Assembly: GCA_963739455.1 (NCBI GenBank)
Contig: CAVUAK010000001.1
Span: 2,240,001-2,304,000 of the forward strand
Source: an uncultured Gemmatimonadales bacterium
GTDB taxonomy: Bacteria > Gemmatimonadota > Gemmatimonadetes > Gemmatimonadales > GWC2-71-9
DNA length: 64,000 nt
Direction: 5' to 3'
The notes beneath the pieces are model-generated. The model had not been told where the DNA came from. It worked only from the letters and a program-made list of their open reading frames with translations, and ran no database searches. This document shows positions 52,877 through 64,000 of the stretch, piece by piece (the stretch's first letter is position 1; every line of letters begins with the position of its first letter). Both the position numbers and the translations under genes were made by a program.

Positions 52877-54048
52877 GCCGAACCCGCCGGGCCGCCATCA
52901 TCGTCCTGGATGGTCTCGGATGCGGTCCGGCGGCTGACACTGCCGCGTATGGCGATGCCGGGAGCGATACGCTCGGCAATGTGGCTCGCGCCGTTGGCGG
53001 CCTGACGCTGCCCAACCTCGAGCGGTTCGGGCTGGGTAACTGTGCCCCGATACCGGGGGTCGCACCGGTGCCGGCGCCTCTGGCGGCGCACGGCATTGCC
53101 GAACCGCTCAGCCCGGGGAAGGACAGCACCACTGGCCACTGGGAGCTATGCGGATTGGTGCTGCCGAGGCCGTTTGCGACGTACCCGAATGGCTTTCCGG
53201 CTGAACTGCTGGCAGAGTTTTCCCGGCGCACTGGCCGGGGGGTTCTGGGGAACAAGGCTGCATCGGGCACGGCGATCCTCGACGAACTCGGCGCAGAGCA
53301 TGTGCGGACGGGCAACTGGATCGTCTACACGTCGGCGGACAGTGTTTTCCAGGTGGCTGCCCACGAAGCGACGGTACCGCTGGCGGAACTGTACCGGGCC
53401 TGCGGGATCGCGCGGGAGATGATGACGGGCGAGCATGCGGTATCGCGGGTCATCGCGCGCCCGTTCACCGGCACACCGGGGCACTGGACCCGGACCCCGG
53501 CCCGGAAGGACCTGAGCCTTGTCCCACCAGGGGCCACGCTGCTGGACCGGCTGGCGGACGCAAGGGTTCCGGTGGTGGGGGTGGGGAAGGTGGACGACCT
53601 CTTCGCGGGGCGGGGGATCAGCAGCCGTCACACCGCGACCAACGCGGAGGCGTACCAGCTCATCGGGGACGCCCTGGGCAGCATGGAGGGCGGGTTCCTC
53701 TTCGCCAACGTGATCGAGTTCGACCAGAGTTGGGGGCATCGCAACGACGTCCCGGGGTTTCACCGGGGACTGCTCGAACTGGATGCTGCCCTCCCCGGAA
53801 TACTCGCCTCGGGCCGGGCGGACGACCTGATTATCTTCACCGCGGACCACGGCAACGATCCAACGACGCCCTCCACCGATCACTCGCGCGAGGTGGTGCC
53901 GCTGCTGGCCTGGGGCCCGAAGGTGCGGCCGGTCGCACTGGGAGTGCGGCGGAGCTTCGCCGATGTGGGGCAGACGGTGGCGGAGTTCCTCGGCGCGGCG
54001 AAGCTGCCCGCCGGCGATTCATTTCTTCATGAGGTCTGGCGTGACTGA
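52873..54048 (+). CDS. deoB: Phosphopentomutase
   Basis: IVLDGLG, GKDSTTGHWE, YTSADSVFQ, RVIARPF, WGHRND, TADHGNDPT, DHSRE. Confidence 0.95.
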   Translation: MSRTRRAAIIVLDGLGCGPAADTAAYGDAGSDTLGNVARAVGGLTLPNLERFGLGNCAPIPGVAPVPAPLAAHGIAEPLSPGKDSTTGHWELCGLVLPRPFATYPNGFPAELLAEFSRRTGRGVLGNKAASGTAILDELGAEHVRTGNWIVYTSADSVFQVAAHEATVPLAELYRACGIAREMMTGEHAVSRVIARPFTGTPGHWTRTPARKDLSLVPPGATLLDRLADARVPVVGVGKVDDLFAGRGISSRHTATNAEAYQLIGDALGSMEGGFLFANVIEFDQSWGHRNDVPGFHRGLLELDAALPGILASGRADDLIIFTADHGNDPTTPSTDHSREVVPLLAWGPKVRPVALGVRRSFADVGQTVAEFLGAAKLPAGDSFLHEVWRD

Positions 54049-54427
54049 AACGCTGGTCGCGGCGGCGCGCCGCGCGCAGCAGCAGGCTTATGCCCCGTAC
54101 TCGAAGTACCAGGTTGGCGCGGCACTCGAGGCGGAGGATGGGCAGATCTACACGGGCTGCAACGTCGAGAACGCGTCCTTCGGGCTCACGATCTGCGCGG
54201 AGCGCACGGCCGTGGCGTCGGCGGTGATGGCAGGGGCCAGGCGGTTCCGGCGTATCGCCATCGCGGTGGGGAGCGAGCCGCCGGCGATGCCCTGCGGTGC
54301 CTGTCGCCAGGTGCTGGCCGAGTTCGGGCTCGAGCTCACGGGCGAATCGGTGGGACCGAGCACGCGGGTGTCCTGGAACCTCCGGCACCTGCTGCCCGAC
54401 GCGTTCGGGCCCGGCAACCTGGCATGA
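54041..54427 (+). CDS. cdd: Cytidine deaminase
   Basis: AYAPYS, GCNVENAS, ICAERTA, PCGACRQ, LLPDAF. Confidence 0.95.
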   Translation: MTETLVAAARRAQQQAYAPYSKYQVGAALEAEDGQIYTGCNVENASFGLTICAERTAVASAVMAGARRFRRIAIAVGSEPPAMPCGACRQVLAEFGLELTGESVGPSTRVSWNLRHLLPDAFGPGNLA

Positions 54428-55653
54428 TCGCCCCGCCGATCACGCCGCGGCGCCGCTGGGTGGTGCCGGCCTTCCTGCTTGCAGTCGCCGTCCTGGTGGG
54501 CGCCTGTTCCGAGCGCCTCCTCACCCCCGTCAACTGTCCCGAGCTCTGCCCCGGCGGCCAGATCATCGTCTACGACACGGTGCTGACGCCAATCGTCGGC
54601 AGTGACAGTTCGTTCGCCGGCTACCTCGCGGCCAGCAAGGCGACCGGCTTCCTGGTCAGCAACAACCTGCCGGCTGCCGACGCGCGAGGCTTCGTGCAGT
54701 TCCTGCGGCGCGGCGACTCGGTGTTCGTGCAGGACACGGCGCGCACCTACACCATCGATTCCGCGAAGGTCAACTTCAGCGTCGACGCGCGAGACTCGCT
54801 CCAGCCGGGCGTGGTGCTGCTGCTCTACAAGCTGCCACCGACCATCGATTCGACCGCGACATTCGACGAGCTGACGGCGACGTTCACGCCCGATGCATTC
54901 CTGGACTCGGTGGAGGTGCCGGACACGCTGCTCAGCGGCAGGGTGACGGCGCTGCTGAGCGGGGAGACACTGTCCCGAATCGCCCTGACGCCCGCCGACT
55001 CGGGTGTGTTGCGGGTTGGTGTCGCCCTGACGGCGCCTGGCGTCACCGGCATCCGCCTGCTGTCGGTGGGGGCCGGCACCGGCGGACCAACCTTCCAGAC
55101 ATTCGTGCACGCCAACGTCCCGGACACCACGCTGCAGAAGCAGACCATCACCCGCGTCCCCAGCTACAACACCTACCTGACGGCGGTGCCATTTCCGCAG
55201 CCGACGCCGACCACGCTCCTGGTGGGCGGTGCGCCGTCGGCGCGGGCGCTGATGCGGTTCGACTTTCCGCTGGTGCTCAAGGACACGGCGGAGATCATCC
55301 GGGCGACGCTGGAGATGGTGCCGGTCACGCCGATCACGGGGCTTTCCAACGTCAACTCGACGCTGGTGACGCAGGGAATCCTGGTGGACCTCGGCGCCAA
55401 GTCGCCGCTGCTCGGTGACATCACGGGCCTGAACAACTTCCCGGTGCCCAACAGTGGCCCGATGACGATGGAAGTGCTCAACATCGTGCGCGCCTGGCAG
55501 GGGAGCGCGGGCCGGCCGCCGGCGTTCTTCGTGTGGCTGTCGCCGGAAGCGTCGTCGTTCTCGGTGCCGGTGTTCGGCTCCACCGCAGACCCGGTGCGCC
55601 AGCCGCGACTGCGCATCGAGTACGTGCGGCCCTACCAGTTCGCCCTGCCATGA
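54424..55653 (+). CDS. Hypothetical beta-rich lipoprotein
   Basis: Lipobox LVGAC after hydrophobic stretch; C-terminal PRLRIEY. Confidence 0.7.
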   Translation: MIAPPITPRRRWVVPAFLLAVAVLVGACSERLLTPVNCPELCPGGQIIVYDTVLTPIVGSDSSFAGYLAASKATGFLVSNNLPAADARGFVQFLRRGDSVFVQDTARTYTIDSAKVNFSVDARDSLQPGVVLLLYKLPPTIDSTATFDELTATFTPDAFLDSVEVPDTLLSGRVTALLSGETLSRIALTPADSGVLRVGVALTAPGVTGIRLLSVGAGTGGPTFQTFVHANVPDTTLQKQTITRVPSYNTYLTAVPFPQPTPTTLLVGGAPSARALMRFDFPLVLKDTAEIIRATLEMVPVTPITGLSNVNSTLVTQGILVDLGAKSPLLGDITGLNNFPVPNSGPMTMEVLNIVRAWQGSAGRPPAFFVWLSPEASSFSVPVFGSTADPVRQPRLRIEYVRPYQFALP

Positions 55654-56832
55654 GCGCGCGACGGCTGGCGTGGTTCGCGCTCGGGCTGTCGCTCCTGCTG
55701 CCGGCAACGGCGGCGGCGCAGTCGTCCATCTTCGGCGTGCGCGGCCCGGGCTTCCCGGGACGGCCGTATTCCGCGGCGGCCATCGGCACCGGCGGCAGCA
55801 TCGGCCTCTTCGATCCGCAGTCACAGCTGAGCCCGGCGTCGCTGGCCACGCTGCGGTCGGGCACGGCCACCTTCACCCTGCTGGCTGACTATCGCTCGGT
55901 GGAGACCCCCGCGGGTTCGGCGAACACGCGCGAGCTATCGCTTCCCGAACACCTATATCACGGCACCGATCAAGCATGGGCTGTATGCGTTCGGCATTGG
56001 TGCCACGACGTACCTGGACCGTGACTTCACGCTGGCGGTGCGCGATTCCCTGGTGCTGCGCGACAGCGTGCGAGCGTACACCGACACGACGCAATCGCGC
56101 GGCGGCCTGAGCGACCTGCAGCTGGCCTGGGCGATCCGGACCATTCCCAAGACGACGGTGGCATTCGCGGCCCACCTCATCACCGGCACCAACCGCCTGG
56201 TGGCACGACGCGCGTTCGACGACACGGCGTATGCCACGGTGCTGCAGTCGGCGCAGACGTCCACCACCGGCTTCGGCCTCGCGATCGGTGCCACGCGCGC
56301 GGTGAGCAACTCGCTGACGCTGTCGGCGCTGGTGCGAAAGGACTTCACCGCCAAGGTCAACATCGACTCGGCGCTGTACGGCGGCGCCACCACCATCGGC
56401 GCCGACTACGGCCTCCCATGGACGTTTGCCGCCGGTGCGATCCTCTCGGCGACGCCGTTCCTGCAGGTGGCGGCGCAAGGGGTGTATCGCACCTGGTCGG
56501 CCGCCAACCAGTCGATGGTGAACCTGGGAGCACCGGGCTCCAAGAACAGCCTGGAACTGAGCCTGGGCGCCGAGCTCACGTCCCGGGCGCGCCGGGCGAC
56601 GCAGTTCCCGCTGCGCGTCGGCGCCCGCTATGGAACGCTGCCTTTCCTGATCGGTGACGACCCGACGTTCCAGCCCAGCGAGTTCGCACTGTCGATCGGC
56701 ACCGGGGCGCGATTCGCCAAGCAGCACGGCGCCGTCGAGATGAGCCTGGAGCGGGTATGGCGGAGCGCGAGCGGCAGCGGCATCTCCGAGACCGGGTGGC
56801 TGCTGTACACCACGCTCAACATCCGGCCGTAG
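55650..56832 (+). CDS. Probable outer-membrane beta-barrel (FadL-like; frameshift near 55935-55960)
   Basis: Signal peptide AAA-Q, plug-like GTGG...SPA, alternating beta strands, LRVGARY. Confidence 0.6.
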
Positions 56833-56871
56833 CGACGTACCCCGCCGTTCCCCGGCGGGCTATCTTCCAGC

Positions 56872-58182
<1,311 letters not shown>

Positions 58183-58186
<4 letters not shown>

Positions 58187-58470
58187 TCCGGAACCTGGTC
58201 GAGGAACATGTGCAGTCCTCGTACGACGCGCTGCGGGGCAACTTCCCCGCCTTCTGCGGCTGCGAGTTCTGCCGGGATGACATCTTCGTGTTTGCGCTCA
58301 ACCGGGTGCCGCCGCGCTACGTGGCGTCGCTGGAGGGGCAGATCGTCACCGAGGTGAACCTGGAGAAGCAGCAGAAGCGGGCCGAGATCGACGTGGTGGT
58401 CATGGAGGCGTTCCGGAAGGTGTCGATGGCGCCGCGCTGTCCCAAGTCGAAGAAGGTGGACAAGGGGTGA
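58183..58470 (+). CDS. comFB: ComFB family protein
   Basis: MIRNLVEE...CGCEFCRDDIFVFALNRVPPRYV signature; ATGA overlap with miaB stop, GTGA overlap with comEC. Confidence 0.85.
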
Positions 58471-60863
58471 TCCCTCCGCCGGTGATACTGGTGGTGTTCT
58501 GCTTCGGGGCCGGTCTTGCGACCGGCCTTTCGCATTTCTGGGCCCTGGCCGGCGGGATGATGGTTACCGGAATCGTCGCGATGGTGCATCGCCGCGAGTG
58601 TCGCCGTGTTCGTGGTGACGGCTGACGATGGGCGTCGGGGTCGGCGTCGTGGCGCGCCATCGCGAGGAGGACGGGTGTGCCGCCCAGTTGCCGGCGGGCC
58701 GGATGGCGCTGGAGGTCGCTGCTGCTCGAGCCACTCACGGAGGATGGTGGCATCGCGTCGGTGGAACCGCTGCGCGCCGGGTGCCGCGGCAGCATCACGG
58801 CGCGCTTCCGGCGAGGCGAAGCGCTGGACGCGGGGCAAGTCGATTGCGATCGAGGGAGAGTGGACGCGAGGCACACGACGACTGATCGAGCCCGATGGCA
58901 TCTTCGGCGTGAAGGAGATGAGCACCGAGGGGCCGGGTGAGCGGCGTCGAGTTCAGGGTGCGGAATGCCCTCGCGCGGGCGTCGGCCAGGCTCTACGGCG
59001 CGCGGGCGCCGCTGGTGGATGCGCTGGTGGTGGGGCGACGCAGCGGCATGGACCGGGACCTCAAGACTGCGTTCGCGTCGTCGGGACTGGTGCACCTGCT
59101 GTCGATCTCCGGATTTCACATCGGGCTCATCGCCGCGTGGGTGGTGCTGGTGCTCCGGCAACTGGGGATGTCGCGGGTGCCATCGCTCACGGTGGCCGCA
59201 TCGCTCGCGATGGTGTACGTGGCGTTCCTCGGATGGCCGGCGCCCGCGGTGCGCGCCGGGGCGATGGCATGGGTGCTGGTGTGGCTCCGCTGGCGGCAGC
59301 GCGCGGTACAGCCCGATGCACTGCTGGCCGCAACGGGACTCGTGGTCATGCTGCTCGATCCATTCGCGGTGTTCGACCTGGGTGGCTGGTTGTCGGTGCT
59401 GTCACTGTGGGGTGCGGTGCGCTTCGCGCGCTGGGCGGAGGAGGCGGGCGGGAAGCACTGGCTGTGGCAGTCGGCGGCGTCATCGGTCGGCGCCACGGTG
59501 GCGACGGCGCCGGTGACGGCGTGGCTGCTCGGCGCGGTGGCGCCGGTGGGGATCGCGCTCAACTTCATTGCGATCCCGGTGGCAGCGGTGGCGGTGCCGG
59601 GCGTGCTCGCGAGCCTGCTGGTCGCGCCGATCGGCGTGGTGAGCGGCGCGCTGGCCTCGGGAAGTGGCGTCGCGCTGCACCTGCTCGAGCTGATCGCGGA
59701 GTGGGGTGCGAGGATTCCGCTGGGGCATTTCGTGATGAACGCCACGCCGGCGAGCGCGGTGCCGTGGCTCGCTGCTGCTGGTGCTGCTCTGCTGGGCCAC
59801 ACCGCGACGGGGCGGCGGTTCGCTCGCGTCGGGACGCCTCATGCTCGCCGGTGCCGCGGGTGTGTGGCTGGCGCTGGTTCCCGACGTGCGGCTGCCGCGG
59901 TCTGGCGCGGGGCGCCTCACGCTGCATTTTGTGGACGTGGGCCAGGGCGATGCCGCGGTGCTGCGCACGCCGAACGGCCATTTCGTGGTGATCGATGCGG
60001 GACCAAAGGACGAGCGCTTCGACGCCGGGGCCAGCCGGGTCGTGCCGCTGCTGGAGCGCGAGGGCGCCGACGCGATCGACGTGCTGGTGGCGTCGCATGC
60101 GCATCTCGATCATGTCGGCGGATTCGGGGCGGTGCTGTCGGCGATGCCGGTGGGCACGGTGGTCGAGCCGGCCGCCCCGGGCATCGATTCGACCTATCGC
60201 GAGATGCTGGGGCTGGTGGGCACGTCGGGCGCGGCGTGGGACGCGGCGCGCCGGGGGGACAGGTTCACCGTGGACAGCGTGGAGTTCACGGTGCTGCACC
60301 CCGACACCACGTGGAGCGGCTGGGGGCTCGACCTCAACGACGATTCGGTGGTGCTGCTGGTGCGCTACGGCGCCTTCCGCGCCATCTTCATGGGCGATGC
60401 CGGCGAGGCGCCGGAGGCGGTGCTGCACGGACGGGTGGGGCATGTGGACCTGCTCAAGGTGGGGCATCACGGGAGCAGGACGGCGAGCGGGGCGGCATGG
60501 CTCGAGGAGTTGTCGCCCACCGCGGCCATCCTGTCGGTCGGGAGCCACAACAAGTACGGTCATCCCACGGCCGAGGCACTGCAGCGCCTCGGCGCACAAC
60601 ATGCTACGATCTGGAGAACCGATCAGGAGGGCACGGTCACCGTCAGCACCGACGGCCGTCACGTGGAGGTCCGCGGACGGTCGCACCGGCTCGCCTTTGA
60701 CGCGACAGGGTCGCCCGCCACCATCAGCCTGGAGTCGCCGGCATCATGCGCACAGCGGTCACCACCATCGAGCGATTCATCATGGACCAGGAACGGGATT
60801 TCCCCGATGCCACGGGAGAACTCTCCAGCCTGCTCTACGACATCGCGCTCGCCACCAAGCTGA
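58467..60863 (+). CDS. comEC: DNA uptake channel ComEC/Rec2 with metallo-beta-lactamase domain (frameshifts near 58610, 58930, 59800; 3' end uncertain)
   Basis: GLVHLLSISGFH, AVRAG, DLGGWLS, VDVGQGDA, SHAHLDHVGG, NDDSVV, KVGHHGS, KYGHP. Confidence 0.9.
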
Positions 60864-61792
60864 TTGCGGCGTCCATTCGCCGCGCGGGACTGGTGGACGT
60901 GCTGGGCTCGGCGCAGAACCGAAACGTGCAGGGCGAGGACCAGCAGAAGCTCGACGTCCTCGCCAATGAAGCGATCAAGGAATCCCTCAAGTTCACCGGC
61001 CGGGTCTGCGTGATGGGGTCGGAAGAAGACGAGGAGATGATCCCGATTCCCTCGCAGTACCGCCCCGGCAAGTACGTCGTCCTCTTCGATCCGCTCGACG
61101 GTTCCTCCAACATCGATGTCAACGCGGCGGTGGGGACGATCTTCAGCGTCTACCGCCGGGTCAGCGACCATGGCCGCGGCACGGTGGCGGACATCCTGCA
61201 GCCGGGCATCGAGCAGGTGGCGGCGGGCTACGTGATGTACGGCTCGAGCACGATGCTGGTGTACACCACGGGGCAGGGGGTGCATGGCTTCACGCTCGAC
61301 CCGACGATCGGCGAGTTCCTGCTGTCGCACCCGCGCATCGTGACGCCGGCGGTGGGGAAGTACTACAGCGTGAACGAGAGCAATTTCGCGCGGTGGGACA
61401 AGGGCGTGCAGACGGCGGTGCGCGGCTTTCACGGCGACCTGCCGGAGTACATCGCGGGGAAGAACAGCCGCTACATCGGGTCACTGGTGGCCGACTTCCA
61501 CCGGAACCTGATCGCGGGCGGCATCTTCATGTATCCCGCCGACAAGAAGAACCCGAATGGCAAGCTGCGGCTGCTGTACGAGTGCGCCCCGATGGCGTTC
61601 ATCGCGGAGCAGGCGGGTGGTGCCGCGACGGACGGCGAGCGCCGGATCATGGAGCGGGTGCCGGGATCGCTGCACGAGCGGAGCCCGCTGGTGATCGGCT
61701 CGCGCGACGACGTGCAGTTCGTGGCGGAGACGATCGGGCGGGTGCGTGATTCGTCGCTGGCGGCGGTGGGGCGGCCGGATAGAAGGAGCTGA
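60746..61792 (+). CDS. fbp: Fructose-1,6-bisphosphatase class 1
   Basis: NVQGEDQQKLD, GSEE, FDPLDGSSNID, RYIGSLVADFHR, GKLRLLYE. Confidence 0.96.
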   Translation: MRTAVTTIERFIMDQERDFPDATGELSSLLYDIALATKLIAASIRRAGLVDVLGSAQNRNVQGEDQQKLDVLANEAIKESLKFTGRVCVMGSEEDEEMIPIPSQYRPGKYVVLFDPLDGSSNIDVNAAVGTIFSVYRRVSDHGRGTVADILQPGIEQVAAGYVMYGSSTMLVYTTGQGVHGFTLDPTIGEFLLSHPRIVTPAVGKYYSVNESNFARWDKGVQTAVRGFHGDLPEYIAGKNSRYIGSLVADFHRNLIAGGIFMYPADKKNPNGKLRLLYECAPMAFIAEQAGGAATDGERRIMERVPGSLHERSPLVIGSRDDVQFVAETIGRVRDSSLAAVGRPDRRS

Positions 61793-61796
61793 CGTG

Positions 61797-61877
61797 GCAG
61801 TCGACAGTCGGCGTGAGTCGACAGTCGTGAGTCGACCTGCGGACTGACGACTCCTGCGACTGACGACTGCCGACTGA
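61797..61877. repeat. NNAGTCG heptamer array plus inverted CGACTGN array
   Basis: GCAGTCG, ACAGTCG, TGAGTCG, ACAGTCG, TGAGTCG (61797-61834); GGACTGA, CGACTCC, CGACTGA, CGACTGC, CGACTGA (61841-61877). Confidence 0.9.
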
Positions 61878-61889
61878 CGGCCAATTGCC

Positions 61890-62321
61890 ATGCCCATGCG
61901 TCCGCTGCCGAAGCTCCGAAGACTCTGCCTCGCCCTGCCTGAGGCGCACGAGGTGGAGGCGTGGGGCGAGCCAACCTTCCGGGTCAAGAACAAGCTCTTT
62001 GCCATGTTCGCGAGCGCGGGGAATCATCACGGCGGGGGCCGCAACTCCGTGTGGTGCAAGGCGGCGCCGGGGAACCAGGAGCTGATGATCGGTGTCGCGC
62101 CCGACCGGTTCTTCAAGCCGCCGTATGTGGGGCCGAGTGGGTGGATCGGGGTCTGGCTGGACGGAAAGGTGGACTGGGCGGAGGTGGGGGAGTTGGTGAA
62201 GGACAGCTACCTGCTGGTGGCGCCGAAGAAGCTGGGGCTGCAACTGGGTGAGGAGGAACCGAAAACGCGTAAGGCGGAACTGAAAAAGCGTAAGGAGGAA
62301 TCGAAAAAGCGTAAGCAATAG
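61890..62321 (+). CDS. MmcQ/YjbR family protein with repeat-derived C-terminal tail
   Basis: CLALPEAHE..WGEPTFRVKNKLFA, PPYVGPSGWIGV, DSYLLVAPKKL. Confidence 0.88.
   Translation: MPMRPLPKLRRLCLALPEAHEVEAWGEPTFRVKNKLFAMFASAGNHHGGGRNSVWCKAAPGNQELMIGVAPDRFFKPPYVGPSGWIGVWLDGKVDWAEVGELVKDSYLLVAPKKLGLQLGEEEPKTRKAELKKRKEESKKRKQ
62245..62321 (+). repeat. 21-mer repeat, about 3.5 units, in frame
   Basis: TGGGTGAGGAGGAACCGAAAA, CGCGTAAGGCGGAACTGAAAA, AGCGTAAGGAGGAATCGAAAA, AGCGTAAG. Confidence 0.88.
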
Positions 62322-62349
62322 GACATTTGTTACTTCAGCCTTCCGCGGT

Positions 62350-62374
62350 TAAGTTCAGTGGTTACCTGAACTTA
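62350..62374. promoter_or_regulatory. AT-rich 9-7-9 palindrome, candidate operator
   Basis: TAAGTTCAG-TGGTTAC-CTGAACTTA, abutting a TAGGAT -10-like box. Confidence 0.45.
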
Positions 62375-62390
62375 GGATATCAGCAGCAAC

Positions 62391-62747
62391 ATGCCGACTT
62401 ACGAATACGCGTGCCCCCAGGGACACGACTTCGAGCTCTTCCAGAAGATGAGCGACAAGCCGCGCGCCAAGTGTCCGGTGTGCGGCAAGATGGCCGTGCG
62501 GAAGATCTCGGGCGGTGCCGGGCTGCACTTCAAGGGCAGCGGGTTCTACATCACCGATTACGGCAAGGACGGGAAGGGACCGCGCAACGACAAGGCGCGG
62601 GAGTCGAGTGAGAGCACCAGCAAGGCGAGTGAGCCGAGTGCGGATGCGGCGGGGAAGGCGGGGAAGGCGGTGGGTTCCGAGACCAAGAAAGCCGCCGAGC
62701 CGAAGGCCGAGAAGACTCCTGCCAAGAAGGCCAAGGCCAGTGAGTAG
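62391..62747 (+). CDS. FmdB family zinc-ribbon protein
   Basis: MPTYEYACPQGHDFELFQKMSD, CPVCG, FKGSGFYITDY, low-complexity tail. Confidence 0.9.
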   Translation: MPTYEYACPQGHDFELFQKMSDKPRAKCPVCGKMAVRKISGGAGLHFKGSGFYITDYGKDGKGPRNDKARESSESTSKASEPSADAAGKAGKAVGSETKKAAEPKAEKTPAKKAKASE

Positions 62748-64000
62748 TGACGTGCTGCGCGTGGAGCTCGAGCGTGTCGCCCGGAAGCTGGGCGACGGCG
62801 ACATCGAGTTCGTGCTCGAGCGTCCGCGGGACGACACGCATGGTGACCTGGCGACCAACCTGGCGCTGACGCTGGCGAAGCGGCGGCGGGCGAATCCGCG
62901 CGCGGTGGCCGAGGAGGTGCTGCGCGAACTGCAGGCCCCGGCCACGCTCATCTCGAAGACCGAGATCGCGGGCCCGGGGTTCATCAACTTCTGGTTCGCG
63001 AGCGATACGCTCGCGGCGCTGCATGCGCGCATCCTCGCGGAGGGGGCGCGATACGGGAAGAGCGCCGTCGGTGAGGGACGCAAGGTGAATCTCGAGTTCG
63101 TCTCGGCCAACCCGACCGGCCCGCTGCACGTGGGACACGGCCGGGGTGCCGCGCTGGGTGACGCGATCGCGTCGCTGCTGGAGTGGAGCGGGCACAGCGT
63201 CACCCGGGAGTTCTACATCAACGATGCCGGGGTGCAGATCGACCGGCTCGCCCAGAGCCTCTGGGCGCGGGTGCAGCAGTCGGTCGGCCGCGAGGCGGCG
63301 ATTCCCGACGGCGGCTATCACGGCCTGTACCTGCAGGAGAACGCGGCGCTGGTGCTGGAGCGGGAGGGCGCCGGTTTCGCCGACCTGCCGCATGAAGAGG
63401 GTGTCAAGCGGAGCCGGGAACTCGGCCTGGCGATCCAGCGGGAGGAGCAGGACCAGGACCTCGCCGATTTCGGCGTGCGCTTCAACGTGATGACGTCGGA
63501 GCAGGGGATGTATCACCGGGGCGCGGTGTCCGATGGCGCTCGACCTGCTGCACGACCGGAACCTCACGTACGAGAAGGACGGCGCCCTCTGGCTCCGCAC
63601 CTCCGAGTTCGGCGACGACCTCGACCGGGTGCTGCGGAAGCAGGATGGCAGCTACACCTACTTCCTGCCCGACATCGCGTACCACATCGACAAGCTCGAG
63701 CGCGGGTTCGATGCGCTGATCGACGTGTGGGGCGCCGACCACCACGGCTACATCCCGCGGGTGCGGGCGGTGCTGCGGGCGCTCGGCTTCGAGGACGAGA
63801 AGTTCGATGTGGTGCTGGTGCAGCTGGTGAAGGTGGTGCGTGGCGGCGAGGAAGTGAAAATGTCGAAGCGGGCCGGCACCTTCGTGACGCTGCGCGACCT
63901 CGTGGACGAGGTGGGCACCGACGCCGCGCGCTGGTTCTTCCTGTCGCGGAAGGGCGATTCGCAGCTCACCTTCGACATCGAGCTGGCGAAGCGGCAGACG
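62740..64000 (+). CDS. argS: Arginine--tRNA ligase (partial, frameshift near 63530, runs off the window)
   Basis: [49 protein letters not shown]. Confidence 0.95.
   Translation, partial: MSSDVLRVELERVARKLGDGDIEFVLERPRDDTHGDLATNLALTLAKRRRANPRAVAEEVLRELQAPATLISKTEIAGPGFINFWFASDTLAALHARILAEGARYGKSAVGEGRKVNLEFVSANPTGPLHVGHGRGAALGDAIASLLEWSGHSVTREFYINDAGVQIDRLAQSLWARVQQSVGREAAIPDGGYHGLYLQENAALVLEREGAGFADLPHEEGVKRSRELGLAIQREEQDQDLADFGVRFNVMTSEQGMYHRGAVSDGARPAARPEPHVREGRRPLAPHLRVRRRPRPGAAEAGWQLHLLPARHRVPHRQARARVRCADRRVGRRPPRLHPAGAGGAAGARLRGREVRCGAGAAGEGGAWRRGSENVEAGRHLRDAARPRGRGGHRRRALVLPVAEGRFAAHLRHRAGEAAD

Noticed and set aside
60746..60863. 118-nt comEC/fbp overlap as a functional feature
   Set aside because: The comEC tail has no recognisable motif and the gene has other indels; likely a shifted stop

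Overview
High-GC bacterial chromosome window, probably Gemmatimonadota (inferred from protein style and gene order, not from a search). In order: end of a chemosensory cluster (cheD fragment, cheB, two cheW, TPR), tRNA-Val(TAC) and tRNA-Asp(GTC), a dcw cluster without mraZ/murB/ddl (rsmH to ftsZ, then an M23 peptidase), an accessory region at about 22.8-43 kb, and housekeeping genes (ftsY, recG, gdh, asnS, mazG, alr, deoB, cdd, miaB, comFB, comEC, fbp, argS). The accessory region holds a sigma54 activator with a visible -24/-12 promoter and palindromic enhancer, an ABM protein, three Cys-type sulfatases, an orphan hisA, an MFP plus two MacB-like permeases, an octaheme cytochrome c-TPR protein, a porin and hydrolases. 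About 14 genes, several essential, are broken by frameshifts, most likely long-read indel errors. The most striking unexplained structure is five families of short tandem arrays (three 7-mers, a 9-mer, a 21-mer). They sit at gene junctions with a fixed polarity (purine-rich arm after stop codons, complementary arm before start codons) and are sometimes translated into proteins. Also notable: two probable ATA starts in ATAG stop/start overlaps, many leaderless or short-leader promoters, and a sulfatase with a transmembrane hairpin inserted in its C-terminal domain.
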